Notes under the pieces: model-generated
Told to the model about the DNA's origin: nothing
What the model saw: the letters and a program-made list of their open reading frames with translations, nothing else
The model's database searches: none
Translations under genes and position numbers: made by a program
Shown here: positions 12,181 to 23,640 of the stretch, in pieces
Position numbering within the stretch: the stretch's first letter is position 1
Layout: each line of letters opens with the position of its first letter
Source: Podarcis melisellensis
Lineage: Eukaryota
Assembly (NCBI GenBank): GCA_964234715.1
Contig: OZ174275.1
Length of the DNA: 64,000 bases
Direction: 5' to 3' (one strand)

Positions 12181-12882
12181 CTGGGAAATGAAATGGAAAG
12201 GTATTAGTTTCAAGCAGTGTATAATAAACAGGGCTACACAAATGGGCTCGCCGCTGATGGGCATGTGTTTTATTCTGGTGTGAGTCTCCATCCTTCTCTG
12301 GACTACAGAAAGGCAAAAGCTAGCTCAAATTTTGCATTAACTATTGGAGAGCTTTGGAGGACTCTATTCTAAAGTCCGAACACAGTCTGGGAAAATTTCT
12401 GCCCTTCTACCAGTATGAGAGAAGAGTGGTGGATTTCCTGACATTGTACTGAGACCTGGTGATGTTCATTGTGGCAGAGACAACTCTATGCCCTTCAACC
12501 AGTTTGGCGTGGGGGCGCTGGATGGCATTAACAGTGCAATTGTGCTGGGCCCTGGAGATGTTTGAAGTACATCCAGAGCCCAGAAAGGCACTAGTAAGAA
12601 GGCAGTGACTTGGGCTGGTTACAAAGGCTACAGGAAATTCGAGGACCCCTGTAAATCATGGTAGTTATTTCTTTCCTTACCACTATTACCAGAACTGAAC
12701 CTGACATTAAAAGGTGCTTTTGTTATCCAATGCTGAAAATGTTTCTCGGTGTGATTGGTTTGCCACACCTACTTAGAAAAGTACAATCATTTGCTAAGGT
12801 TTACATGCTGATCTGGGTGTCCAAGACTTAAAAAGGGGTGGTGGTAGGGAAGCTTCCATTAAAAGGATTTTAGAATACTCAC

Positions 12883-12987
12883 ATCACTCGCCAAGATTGC
12901 ATTCTGCAAAGCCAACACTGTGTTTTTGTCATCTGTTACGGATAGCTTGCATCCTCTATAGTACTCTCGGTCATATTTGTAATCATA
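12883..12987 (-). CDS. NEB: NEB exon 105 nt
   Basis: YDYKYDREYYRGCKLSVTDDKNTVLALQNAILASD. Confidence 0.95.
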
Positions 12988-13098
12988 CTACAAAGAAACA
13001 GGAGAATAAAAAGTGTCAGAAGTGCAGCCTATGGCACCAGAGGTATGCCTTGCTATGTCAGGAAATAAAATGGGTGCATGTGGTTTTAGTTTCCTTAC

Positions 13099-13203
13099 AT
13101 CACTCTGTTGCAAAGATGATTTGGCAGCTTGGATGAAGTCCGGTCTGTCCACAGTCCAGTGCCAGTGAGCCTTGGCAGCTTCATATTTCTTCTTGTAATC
13201 CAG
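13099..13203 (-). CDS. NEB: NEB exon 105 nt
   Basis: LDYKKKYEAAKAHWHWTVDRPDFIQAAKSSLQQSD. Confidence 0.95.
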
Positions 13204-14032
13204 CTGTTCAAAGAGAAATAGATAAACAATGTAAACATAGACTCAAGCCATTCTTGTAAAAGGGTCACCATAAAACAAGAGTGAAAAGGATATTTTTGAT
13301 TCCCAAAAATAAATACGTAACTAAATGTTGGGTGGTGCAGATGCAAACTTTTATGTCTAGGAATTCTGACACTCCCCATAAAGTTTCACTTTCCCTTAGC
13401 CATTTATGTTGGCCATCCAAGGCTGAGCAGTTGATAAATCTCCTATTTTTACCAGTAGGCTGGGAGCGCAAAAAACCCCCCCACAATATATAATAATGAG
13501 TGGGCTATGTTTGCCATGGCTTGCGGACTGTACAAGGCTGCAGACAAACAGGTCTGCCACTTTCTACTTTTCCATCCATATCTGCCTTTTTCTTGCTCTT
13601 CTACAGAATTTTAGCTCTGCTTGTACTGCTGTGGAACAAGCATGGGAAAAGGCATAGCCTTAAAAGACAAAAGATTAAACAGGTAGTGGGTTTTATGTTT
13701 GGAACGACCACATTTTTTTAGCTGTCAGGAATACAGCATGTTAAAAAGGATGGTTTGTTCATACATGGCTCTTTCAGGAAGTTGGAACCTGGGAATTTGC
13801 ACCACCTACAATTTGTACTCTGCCCAAAGGGATGGGGGTGGACATTTCTCTATCCCACACATATCTAAAGTTGGCATGAGATGCACTGCCTCATCCGATC
13901 TGGCTAGGAGTTTCCGTAAGCGTATGGAAATTAGGCACCGAAAGAGGCCTCAGCAGAGTGGGACCTGAGAGCCCTACTCCCTCAGTTTCCTTTGTAAGGC
14001 TTAGTCACCGGCAACAATAGCACTGGACTCAC

Positions 14033-14137
14033 ATTGCTGTTTACTTTGTAGGCCTGCTTGGCAGCTTTGATATGAACGGAATCCGGTACAACGTTGCAGT
14101 GAGACTTATTCTGTTGATAGACTTCTTTGTATTTCAG
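14033..14137 (-). CDS. NEB: NEB exon 105 nt
   Basis: LKYKEVYQQNKSHCNVVPDSVHIKAAKQAYKVNSN. Confidence 0.95.
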
Positions 14138-14962
14138 CTGTCGAAAGAACAAGAAGGTTAACATTGCACATCTCTTTACACGGCTAAACAGAAATCACCC
14201 CAGGGAAAATTGTGTTAATCTGCCCTGGTAGGTCCAAGGAGGCACTGAATTTAGTGAACATCTGAGCAGTGGAGCCCCATTTGCCCTAAGAGAACAACCT
14301 TCGCTGCATTAAGGGTCCTCCTCCACTGCCAGCCCTACCTCCCACACTGTTCCAGAAGGTTCCCCACAGCCCACCAGAATTGCATGAGGGTTGTGTTGTG
14401 AGCTGCAGGAGAGAAACAGGGATTTGGCAAATGTCACTTCCAATTTTCTGCCAAATGGGAGAGCCTGCTCCTGCTGGTGGATGCAAAGTCTAGTACCAAC
14501 CCATAATACGTAAGCCTATGGGCCTTTCTCTTAATCCCCATAAAAAGGTAAGCAATCTGAGTGGTAAATAATGTGTAAATATGAGAAAATTCATTAATAA
14601 ATTCATTCATTCATTCATTCTCCTACCATGAATCTATTGTTTCAACAAGTATTGGCTTACAGCAAATAACCATACTTATAAACACTGCTATGAAATGTGA
14701 GCTACCTTGAAAATAAAGAATTATATTTAAATAGTCTAAGGCTTAGCTTTTATAGTGACGCAAACTAAATCTAATATGTATCATCTTACAGACTAATGAG
14801 CAAAAAATGAATTTGGAACTTTGCTAGACACAGTTTATATAGAACGATTGGTCTCACCTGAAGTGTAGATTTGAAAGTAGGGATGCTGGAGCCAATGAGC
14901 TGAGTCATGTCCTATCCCATTGGCTCCAGCATCCTGCAAGGTAAATGATAATGTTTACTTAC

Positions 14963-15070
14963 ATCGCTTACTCTGTCCTTGACCTTCCGTACGTGGAGTA
15001 ACATGGGAGTATCATGGATTGTGGTATATCCCTTTGGTTTGGCCTTGTTATATTCCAGTTTGTAGAGGAT
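14963..15070 (-). CDS. NEB: NEB exon 108 nt
   Basis: ILYKLEYNKAKPKGYTTIHDTPMLLHVRKVKDRVSD. Confidence 0.95.
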
Positions 15071-16684
15071 CTGGCAGCAAGAAAGGGCCAAGTTAGGTAC
15101 AAGCAGTCATTAGAAATAGCATTTTAATTTCTTTTTAAAAAAATACCCAAAGTGAACAGATATGTATACAACAATATGTATTGTTGTAGTTTACCTTAGA
15201 CTATCTGAAGGAACTGGAAAAGGCCTGCTCCATCCTCTATCCCATTCACTCCCATGGGTTTTCCACTGATGTGCTGAACAGGACTGGATTGGAGGATATA
15301 TCTCCCCAGTCAGAACCTTACCCACCCAGCGCACTGTCCCAGCCTCCAAGCCAGTCCTGCTTGTGGATTTCACAACTGGTTGGTGAGGATGCTGGACTGT
15401 GATGGGCCTTTTGACCTGATTCGGTGGGCTTCTTCTTACGTTCTTCTATCCTTAACCCACCCTCCATTGGCAGGAGGAAGCACACAGTTCCTCCCCATCT
15501 CCTAGTGAGCTGTCCCCTACCTGTAAATGTGGGACGGGATGTCCAAATGCTGCCCAGGTACACACAGTCTTGCCCAGGTGAAAAACTGCATGCTTGATTG
15601 CTGCACTAAAGTAGGAAATCAGCTAGGCAGTTTTCACCTTCACGATCTGAGCACTCTCTACACAGGCAGCACTGGGATGTTCTGCTTCGGCAGGTGGGAA
15701 GTGGTAGAGGGAGAGATGATGTGCTAAGCGTTTAGGATCACAATCATGGCTATCGGGCTTGGACTGCAACGCTTCCAACCATTGGCACTTATCTTATCTG
15801 GACCTGCTTTTTACTCAAAAGTCTGCATGAGCGCATCCTCCTGGTAAGCTTTCCACTTTCCTAATGTATGCTTTGAAGCGTAGGAAGAGCAGTGGAGAAA
15901 GCATGGTACATTGTTTCTTACACTAAGTATGTAACCTCTCACATGTGGGTGTGCTACTTGTGCCCAGTCAGTTGCTTCCTATCTACAATGGAGAGAAGGG
16001 AGAGGGTCAGGGCAGATTGTGGATGGAAACATGGGTTGGGTGGTGTAAGAGGATACTGGCTAGTATAAGGAACACGCCAGGCTCAAATCCCTCCATAGAT
16101 AATTGACCAATTTTTGGGTTAGCCACTGTTTCTCAGCCTAACCTACCTTACAGGGTTGTTGGGATAAATTAGACAAAGCCAATTTCGCCACTCTGTGCAA
16201 CTTGGAAGAAGAGTTGGATAGGTGTGGAGCTGTCCCATCTACCCCCAGCCACACAATGCATCCATCTTCCATAACACGGTGCATCCCAGATGTTGTCAGA
16301 CTGCAACTCCCATTGACCTCAGCCAGCATGGCCAGTAGTGAGAGATGATGGGAATTGTAGTCCAGCAGCTTCTGGAGGGCACCAGGTTGGGGGAGACAGC
16401 ACTAAGCAGTTGGTGGTTGCTGAAGTTCCCAAGCTCACTCATTTGCCTGAGCATTTTTAGGCAGACAGTCCTTGTTGCTGTTTCCCTCAGCTTCGCAGTT
16501 CCTAACACCGGTACTGACCCCAAACTGGCAAGCTGCGTTTCTCTTACTGTCCTCTTCCTCTCCCATCCCGTCAGTCAGAATACAAACCCTGGCTATCCCC
16601 ATTGTTGTCACACAAAGATTAGTCCAGAAAGACACCATACTGTTCATCCCCCCCCCCATTGGTCATGACAATTTCCACACTTAC

Positions 16685-16789
16685 ATCACTGATTTGCTTG
16701 TTGACTTTCGTCGTCCTCAGGTGTTCCGGAGTATCCACAATCGATGTAAACTTGTCCTTCTGCTTTTCATACAGCTGTTTGTATTTGTA
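16685..16789 (-). CDS. NEB: NEB exon 105 nt (~145)
   Basis: YKYKQLYEKQKDKFTSIVDTPEHLRTTKVNKQISD. Confidence 0.95.
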
Positions 16790-17395
16790 CTGTGGAATTT
16801 TTTTTAAAAAAAAAAGCAGCAGTGAATGGTGGGGAATGACAGCAAATCAACAACAATGCCCCACCACAAATGCACATTTTAAGAAGAGTCCTAGCCTTAG
16901 CCTGCCTGTTCCAGCAGCTGTCATAGAAGTCAACCGAAACTGTGTACGTGGGGGGAGCCAAGCCCACACGATGGAAATGCCGGAGTTAAGCTTGCTTTTG
17001 GTTACGCTGACTTCTAAACAGGTCAAGTGTGGGGCAGTGGCTGGAGCACTAGATTTGGACATGGGAGCTTGTATCTAAACACCCTTCAGGTATGTGGTTC
17101 CAGGGTTGGCCTTTGGCAAGTCATCATCTTTAACTTATCCCACGGACTTGATGCGAGGATAAAAATGGGATAATCCTTTGCATCATCCTTCCCTGGGCCG
17201 GAAGCAAACACAACCAATAAAGGAACTAAACTAGCAGGGTTTGCCGCTAGTGGATAAAACCCCAAACTCTACAATCGCACTAAGAAATCAAAGGAGCCAC
17301 TTAGCCGAATAAGAAGAGTGGGTGAGTAAGCATTTAAAAAATGGGTTTAAGAAGGGTCCCCACCTCCCCTGCTTAGTCAAGCCCACAGTCTACCA

Positions 17396-17716
17396 CAGGG
17401 GTAGGCAGACTAAGGCCTGGGGGCCAGATCCGGCCCAATCGCCTTCTAAATCCAGCCCATGGATGGTCCAGGAATCACCGTGTTTTTACATGAGTAGAAT
17501 GTGTCCTTTTATTTAAAACGTATCTCTGGGTTGTTTGTGGGGCCTGCCTGGTGTCTTTACATGAATAGAATGTGTGCTTTTATTTCAAATGCATCTCTGG
17601 GTTATTTGTGGGGCATAGGAATTCGTTCATTATTTTTTCCAAAGTATACTCCAGCCAACCACATGGTCTGAGGGGTGGTGGACCAGCCCATGGCTGAAAA
17701 AGGTTGCTGACCCCTA
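17396..17716. mobile_element. Non-autonomous hAT MITE
   Basis: TIRs caggggtaggca / gttgctgacccct, imperfect 8-bp TSD gtctacca/gtctactg, internal direct repeat. Confidence 0.8.
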
Positions 17717-17791
17717 GTCTACTGAGATGAATGAGGTTCTACCAGTTTATGACTGTGGATTGCAGCCCTGTAGAGACTCTGGTAAAGTTTA

Positions 17792-17859
17792 CTAGTCTCT
17801 TCATACAACAGTAAGATAGCTTTGGCTAGTCTCCTCATACAACAGTAAGATAGCTTTGG
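17792..17859. repeat. 34-bp tandem duplication
   Basis: ctagtctc(t/c)tcatacaacagtaagatagctttgg x2. Confidence 0.9.
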
Positions 17860-18138
17860 TTAACCATGCACCCAATCGACATTTAAATTGTAGCATAGGG
17901 GTGGGGAGGCTTTGCAATGTAAAACTGTTACTGGTGATTATGCCGATGACTTAAAAATTTATGATGTAATGCAATGAAATGTATTCATGGGAGAATAGAG
18001 AAGTGGGCGTTTCTCTGCAGAACATTCTGTGCAGCTGAAAATCTTGGTCTAGCTTACAGAAAAATTGGGAAGCCTTAGCAGTTGTCTAAAAACGATGCAA
18101 AAAACCCCGCTTTTTCAAATGTTGCTTCATTTTCACTG

Positions 18139-18178
18139 CATGCAAATACAGAGCATGCAAGGCAACACATAGCATGCG
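18139..18178 (-). promoter_or_regulatory. (U)GCAUG cluster, candidate RBFOX intronic splicing element
   Basis: TGCATG at 18139-18144 and 18154-18159, GCATG at 18173-18177 on the sense strand, downstream of the exon-144 orthologue. Confidence 0.5.
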
Positions 18179-18699
18179 TAAAAGAGGGGGAAGAAATGCA
18201 TGGACAAGGAATCGCAACACATACAAAATAATGGCAAGAATGCTCTAAGCAGGGCTTGGTGATCAGTACCACAAGTAAGAAGACATTTGTATAGGTTGGG
18301 TACAGAGAACCCAGTCTGTGTTATAGTTAATCCGGTGTATTTTGCTTGAAGGCGGCTGGCACTCCAAACCTAACCATATCTCCATGCAAATAAATTTCAT
18401 TGATTTCAATGCAAGTTACTTTTAAGTAAATGTGATTAAGAACACAGCCTGGCACCCTGATCTTTCCTTTTGCTTGGAAGATCAAGAGGGTTCTCTGGCT
18501 GCAGATCAAGAGGGTTCTCCTGCCCAACAGAATTTTACCATTTTATGTCCAAATACTTGCATCTTAATTTGATTGTGAATCCCAACCTCTAGAGTTTGAG
18601 TGCTATCTAATGCACCTGGTATTGGAGCTTTTCATGGATCCACATGGTAACTTACGTCCAATTTTGTAACAAGAAGCCTACAATCCTATGCACACTTAC

Positions 18700-18804
18700 C
18701 TGGCTCTCCTGAATTGTGTTGTACAATGCTGTCAGCATATCTGGTCGCAGAATTTCATTACATCCATGTTGCAGGAACAACTTGGCACTAGCCTTATATT
18801 TTTT
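18700..18804 (-). CDS. NEB: NEB alternative exon, orthologue of human exon 144
   Basis: KKYKASAKLFLQHGCNEILRPDMLTALYNTIQESQ; AG/GTAAGT. Confidence 0.93.
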
Positions 18805-19190
18805 CTGTGCATGCAAACAGCAATGAAGCACAAAAAGGACTTATGAAGACAAAGAACTACAAAAAAGCTCTAGATCCCAGAACAATGAGATTTAGGCCTT
18901 TGGGATATTTGTGTATTCTCAGAACTGCACCAATGCACAGCATTCACCAGGGGCAACAGAATCAACAGACACAGAACTGAATTTTAAAAATGGAAAAACG
19001 AGAGTATTACGGTGCCATCATTATGCAATAATCTGGTTTCCACGCCATTTTCCTTGTAGCACATTTTTGCCTTTGAGCTAAATGGCGCAGAGTTCATTCA
19101 TTTCTAGGTTATCTTTGCAACTCGACTGACATTTGGTGGAGTGACTTTGACAGTACATTGGTGCATAGTTTATGAGATCACAAAGTATGA

Positions 19191-19288
19191 ATAGGCTCAC
19201 TCAAAAAGCTGCTATGCTGTTTTGGGTGGCAAAGTACAGATAGGCTCACTCAAAAAGCTGTTGTGCTGTTTTGAGTGGCAAAGTATAG
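19191..19288. repeat. 49-bp tandem duplication between the 143/144 exons
   Basis: ataggctcactcaaaaagctg...ttttg(g/a)gtggcaaagta x2. Confidence 0.9.
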
Positions 19289-19445
19289 ATAGTTCCAGAT
19301 ACAAACAGAGGGGAAACCTTTGTCAATATCATAGGCAAAACCTATGACATCTTTGACTGCAGGCATTTCAGGCAGGTAAAGAAGTGGTCATCCAAGGGTG
19401 ACAATAGCCAGATTCTGGGTGTTCTGGCCAGCTCTGTCACAGTAC

Positions 19446-19550
19446 CTGACTGCTTAGTTCGCCTCCCAATTTGGCCAGCAAGGTTCTAGGGTCATCCACC
19501 ACAAGGGAATACTTATCCTTCTTCTTCTCATAATCAGATTTGTACAATTT
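19446..19550 (-). CDS. NEB: NEB alternative exon, orthologue of human exon 143
   Basis: KLYKSDYEKKKDKYSLVVDDPRTLLAKLGGELSSQ; AG/GTACTG. Confidence 0.93.
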
Positions 19551-20070
19551 CTGTTCACATCGAACAGTAGCAAAGTGAAAAAGTGGAGGCACAAAGATAC
19601 ATTGAGATCAATGCAAAAACCCATTAAACAAATCCACCCACTTAAAGAGTAACACCATAAAAAGGAGAACGGATATAGGCAATAGAAAACACAGAGCTAT
19701 AATAGCTTTTACAGAGCAATACTGTGCAAGTATTACTGAAACGTAAAACTTGCTGGTGGATCTTACTCCTAAGTAATCACGTAAAGGGTTGGAGCCTTAA
19801 ATGTACAACACTATAAGCCCTTTAAATCCTGCACTGCCACCCTCCATTTAGTTATAGTTATATAGTTATAGTTATAACTCTATGCATTTATCACTTGCAT
19901 AAATTTAGTATAAAATATATGCACATGCTATACTATAGTTCTGCATATAGTCTAGATTGGGACCTAGCTATTATTTATTATTCTTTATGTCTAAAGTCAA
20001 TGGATAGAAAAAACACCATTAGATGTACTGTTGGATAAGTGTTAAATGGTTCTTGTCCTTGTAGTTGTAT

Positions 20071-20275
20071 NNNNNNNNNNNNNNNNNNNNNNNNNNNNNN
20101 NNNNNNNNNNNNNNNNNNNNNNNNNNNNNNNNNNNNNNNNNNNNNNNNNNNNNNNNNNNNNNNNNNNNNNNNNNNNNNNNNNNNNNNNNNNNNNNNNNNN
20201 NNNNNNNNNNNNNNNNNNNNNNNNNNNNNNNNNNNNNNNNNNNNNNNNNNNNNNNNNNNNNNNNNNNNNNNNNNN
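20071..20275. other. Assembly gap
   Basis: Run of N. Confidence 1.
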
Positions 20276-20285
20276 ACCACAATCT

Positions 20286-20469
20286 AGGTAAAAGGTAAAG
20301 GTAAAGGACCCCTGGACAGTTAAGTCCAGTCAAAGGTGACTATGGGGTTGTGGCGCTCATCTCACTTTCAGGCTGAGAGAGCCAGCGTTTTTCCACAGAC
20401 AGCTTTCTGGGTTGTGTGGCTAGCATGACTAAACCACTTCTGGTACAACGGGACACCGTGATGGAAACC
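20286..20469 (-). mobile_element. Sauria SINE, 5'-truncated
   Basis: (AAAGGT)n tail and body similar to 7413-7759. Confidence 0.85.
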
Positions 20470-20592
20470 TGAGGCTTTAATCAGAAATATATCCCATTTA
20501 CGTAATGGAATTTGCAGTCCTAGATTCTCTTTCTTATTTTGTCTAACAAATTTAAATGGAATTGCAATTTAGAAGCCTATAGTTCTACTTAC

Positions 20593-20697
20593 CTCATTCA
20601 CCAGCTGAGTAGCATACTTAAAATGCCTATTAATTGGACTGTCAGCAACATACTTGAACTTGGACTTTATCTTCTCAAATGACTCCTTGTATTTACA
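20593..20697 (-). CDS. NEB: NEB exon 105 nt (~human exon 142)
   Basis: CKYKESFEKIKSKFKYVADSPINRHFKYATQLVNE. Confidence 0.95.
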
Positions 20698-21497
20698 CTA
20701 GAGGGACATAAAAGACATTTTTTCTAAAAAACAACAACCACCAACTAATCACTATATGGGTGTGATAAAAACACAAAAAGCATACATAAAAAAAAAATCA
20801 ATCAGGTGTAAAGGCGTGAAAGAAACATTGCAATTACTTCATGTAATTATCATGTCAGTAAGTGTGATATTTACTGATTTGTTGCTATAACTGCATCTGT
20901 TTATCTGACAGGGCCAGTCTGTATGGCACTGCAAAACTGGAATATGATACAGTGTTCCAAAAACCTGCTAAAGCTCATTATGTTCATAATTACATAAACA
21001 TTGCAATCCCATGCAGATTTGCTCAGAACTAATATTCAGTGGAGATCACTTCTAGGTAAGAGAGCATAGGATTGCAGCAGAGAACAGTTCAGACTTAGCA
21101 GAGGATAGACTCAATTACCAGGGAAATGACACCATCCCTTATTTATAAAAGGATATGCTGATGTGTAAATAGCACCTCCAAAAATAGAAGGCACAGTGGG
21201 TTTTTCACAGTGCTTTTTTTGTTTTTAAAACGAGGTGCTAGCAATCATATCTTGTTATGCATATACTTTGTTTAAAGTAATGTGTGATCTTGCAATGTTG
21301 CCCTTTGTTTCCGTGGAGCCTCAGTAGATATTCCCAGATACTTGGGCACTTTATATGTTATCATACCAATGATCTTTCGCCTGTGCAGTTATTGGGCAGT
21401 TCAGTCAAGCTGTGCATGCTCAGGTTGGCTGTGGAGAGTTAAAACCAATGACAAATCTTGTTTGTTCTGAGCAGAGAACTGCTTTATAACCATGGTC

Positions 21498-21857
21498 GAC
21501 AAAAGAGGTTTAAAGACTGTCTCAAGGCAAATCTTTAAAAAATGTAGTATAAACACTGACAACTGGGAAACACTGGCCTGCGAGCACTCCAGTTGGAGAA
21601 CAGCCTTTACCAAAGGTGCCGTGGGCTTTGAAGAAACTTGAACTCAGGATGCAAGGGAGAAACATGCTAAGAGGAAGGCATGCTTGGCAAATCCACAATG
21701 TGATAAACTCTCACCCGGGAACCTATGTTCCCACTGTGGAAGGACGTGTGGATCCAGAATTGGCCTCCACAGTCACTTACGGACTCATTGTTAAAACCGT
21801 GTTTATGGAAGACAATCTTACTCGGTTACGAGTGATCGCCAAAGAAAGAAGCAGAAA
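21498..21857 (+). mobile_element. RTE-clade LINE 3' fragment
   Basis: Degenerate ORF end KRFKDCLK...NWETLA...CSHCGRTCGSRIGLHSHLRTHC (CCHH motif), aaag/aag tail, TSD catggtc. Confidence 0.8.
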
Positions 21858-22022
21858 CATGGTCTCAAACTTTTTGTCTGTATTTGCATGCATCCATCCC
21901 TGCATGCAGTGCCTCACCTCAAATAAATATAAGATCGAATGTATGTGTGCAGAGCAAGTTGGGAAATAGACAGAGAGAAATCACCCTCTTTAAGCTACCA
22001 GGCAATATAGAACCACACATAC

Positions 22023-22127
22023 CGGACTGTACAGCGTCTTATTCTTTTCTGCAAGAAGAAGATCAGGAGTATCCCATGCATAACAGCCAATGCCTCTGAG
22101 CCACGTTAAATCTTCCTTATATTTAAA
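22023..22127 (-). CDS. NEB: NEB exon 105 nt
   Basis: FKYKEDLTWLRGIGCYAWDTPDLLLAEKNKTLYSP. Confidence 0.95.
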
Positions 22128-22407
22128 CTGTAAAAGCAAAATAACAAGAGCAAGGTTTACCACAACATGAGACAATTACAGGAGAGTAGAAAAAATTGTT
22201 ATTATGTGGCTTAGATATTCTTGATAGAAGTGAAGTTTAAATTCAGAATTCAGTTTAACGATCCAGGAGAGCCTGTCTCCAAAAGGTAGAAAACTATTAA
22301 TCATTTTTTCAATGCATTTTGCTCCCCTCAAGTAACACATCGCAGCCTATTGTTTTGGAAGGCTGTCAACATGCAATACCCAAGTGTCGAAGTTGATCCA
22401 CACTCAC

Positions 22408-22512
22408 ATCACTGACTGCATCGGTGACGGCACGGTGGTGGAAATGGTCTGGTCGATCTGGGATAGATCTCCAGATTCCTAATTGACTCATGTAGTTTTC
22501 TTTGTATTTCAC
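22408..22512 (-). CDS. NEB: NEB exon 105 nt
   Basis: VKYKENYMSQLGIWRSIPDRPDHFHHRAVTDAVSD. Confidence 0.95.
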
Positions 22513-23060
22513 CTACAAAAAAAGCATTTAATTTTTAAAATAAGCAACAGGGTTGACATCAGTGATGGTACAATCCTATACATGCGTACTCAGAGAAGCA
22601 ACTCCCATTGTGTTATTTATCTGTTAAACTTCTATCCTGCTCTTCTCCTGAAGGAGCTTCAAGGAGGCAATGGGACTTGCTTTCTAACGTTCAGTGGAAC
22701 TTGCTTTCCAATAAGTGGATTTAGAATGTCCTGGCACAGCTATGCTACTTTATAGAGACAACAGAGCTTAGCGCATGTAGGAATTTCTGGCCAATCCATG
22801 TAACACATGGGGAAACAGTCAGAAGAGGTGGAAGTATGACAGAAGCTCAGGTGGAGAATGGGGCCAGAGCACAAAGTATAGGGGAAACAAATGCTATAAA
22901 ACATAAAAAGAGGCAGGGTGGGCCAGAATTAGCTGAGGCTTTGTGTTAGGAGGACCAGGTGTCAAGTAGACTATAAGGCCTGATAAGACAGGTCACCCCT
23001 GCTTTCTCTCTGAAAGGAATCACATCCACCAGAGGCATGACCAGGGGTACTTACATTATA

Positions 23061-23314
23061 CAGTGGTACCTCGCAAGACGAAATTAATTCGTTCTGCGAG
23101 TTTTTTCGTTCTGCGAGTTTTTTCGTCTTGCGAAGCACGGATTCCCTGGGTATTAACGGTTTTAAGAAAAAGGAAACAAACTTGCAAGACGTTTTCGTCT
23201 TGCGAAGCAAGCCCATAGGGAAATTCGTCTTGCGAAGCAACTCAAAAAACGGAAAACTCTTTCGTCTTGCGAGTTTTTCGTCTTACGAGGCATTCGTCTT
23301 GCGAGGTACCACTG
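23061..23314. mobile_element. Tc1/mariner (Tigger/pogo-like) MITE
   Basis: TIR cagtggtacctcgcaagacgaa / ttcgtcttgcgaggtaccactg, TA TSD, repeated internal ttcgtcttgcga motif. Confidence 0.9.
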
Positions 23315-23535
23315 TATAAGAAAGGGGGAGGTAAAGGAGTCTGAAGTAGTGGGGAGAGAGAATAACCAGTGCCCCATAGTATATATAAATAAGGTACATC
23401 TATTGTATTTTACAGTTATCAAAACCAGCATATTACTCAGGGATATGCATATATATATCCAATATACATACTTATATATATATATATATATATCCAATAT
23501 ACATACTTATGTGTATATATATCCAATATACATAC

Positions 23536-23640
23536 TTTGCTGATATCATCAGTGACCTTGCGGTGATACACAATATCCAAGGCATCTTTCACTGTGTGGT
23601 ATTTACCCTTGGCTTTCTCAAATGTTTCTTTGTAGCGCAG
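23536..23640 (-). CDS. NEB: NEB exon 105 nt
   Basis: LRYKETFEKAKGKYHTVKDALDIVYHRKVTDDISK. Confidence 0.95.

Noticed and set aside
19551-19567. Hairpin ctgttc-gatgt-gaacag masking the exon-143 acceptor
   Set aside because: Only 6 bp, and a similar ctgtt..aacag fold occurs at the presumably constitutive acceptor at 10713, so it is not specific.
21616-21969. 117-aa ORF as a zinc-finger gene
   Set aside because: It overlaps a degenerate RTE LINE 3' end; the CCHH motif is in a different, interrupted frame.
23061-23314. Repeated ttcgtcttgcga motif with variable spacers, resembling a CRISPR array
   Set aside because: It is bounded by TIRs and a TA TSD, so it is a MITE with internal repeats; eukaryotic context and no cas genes.
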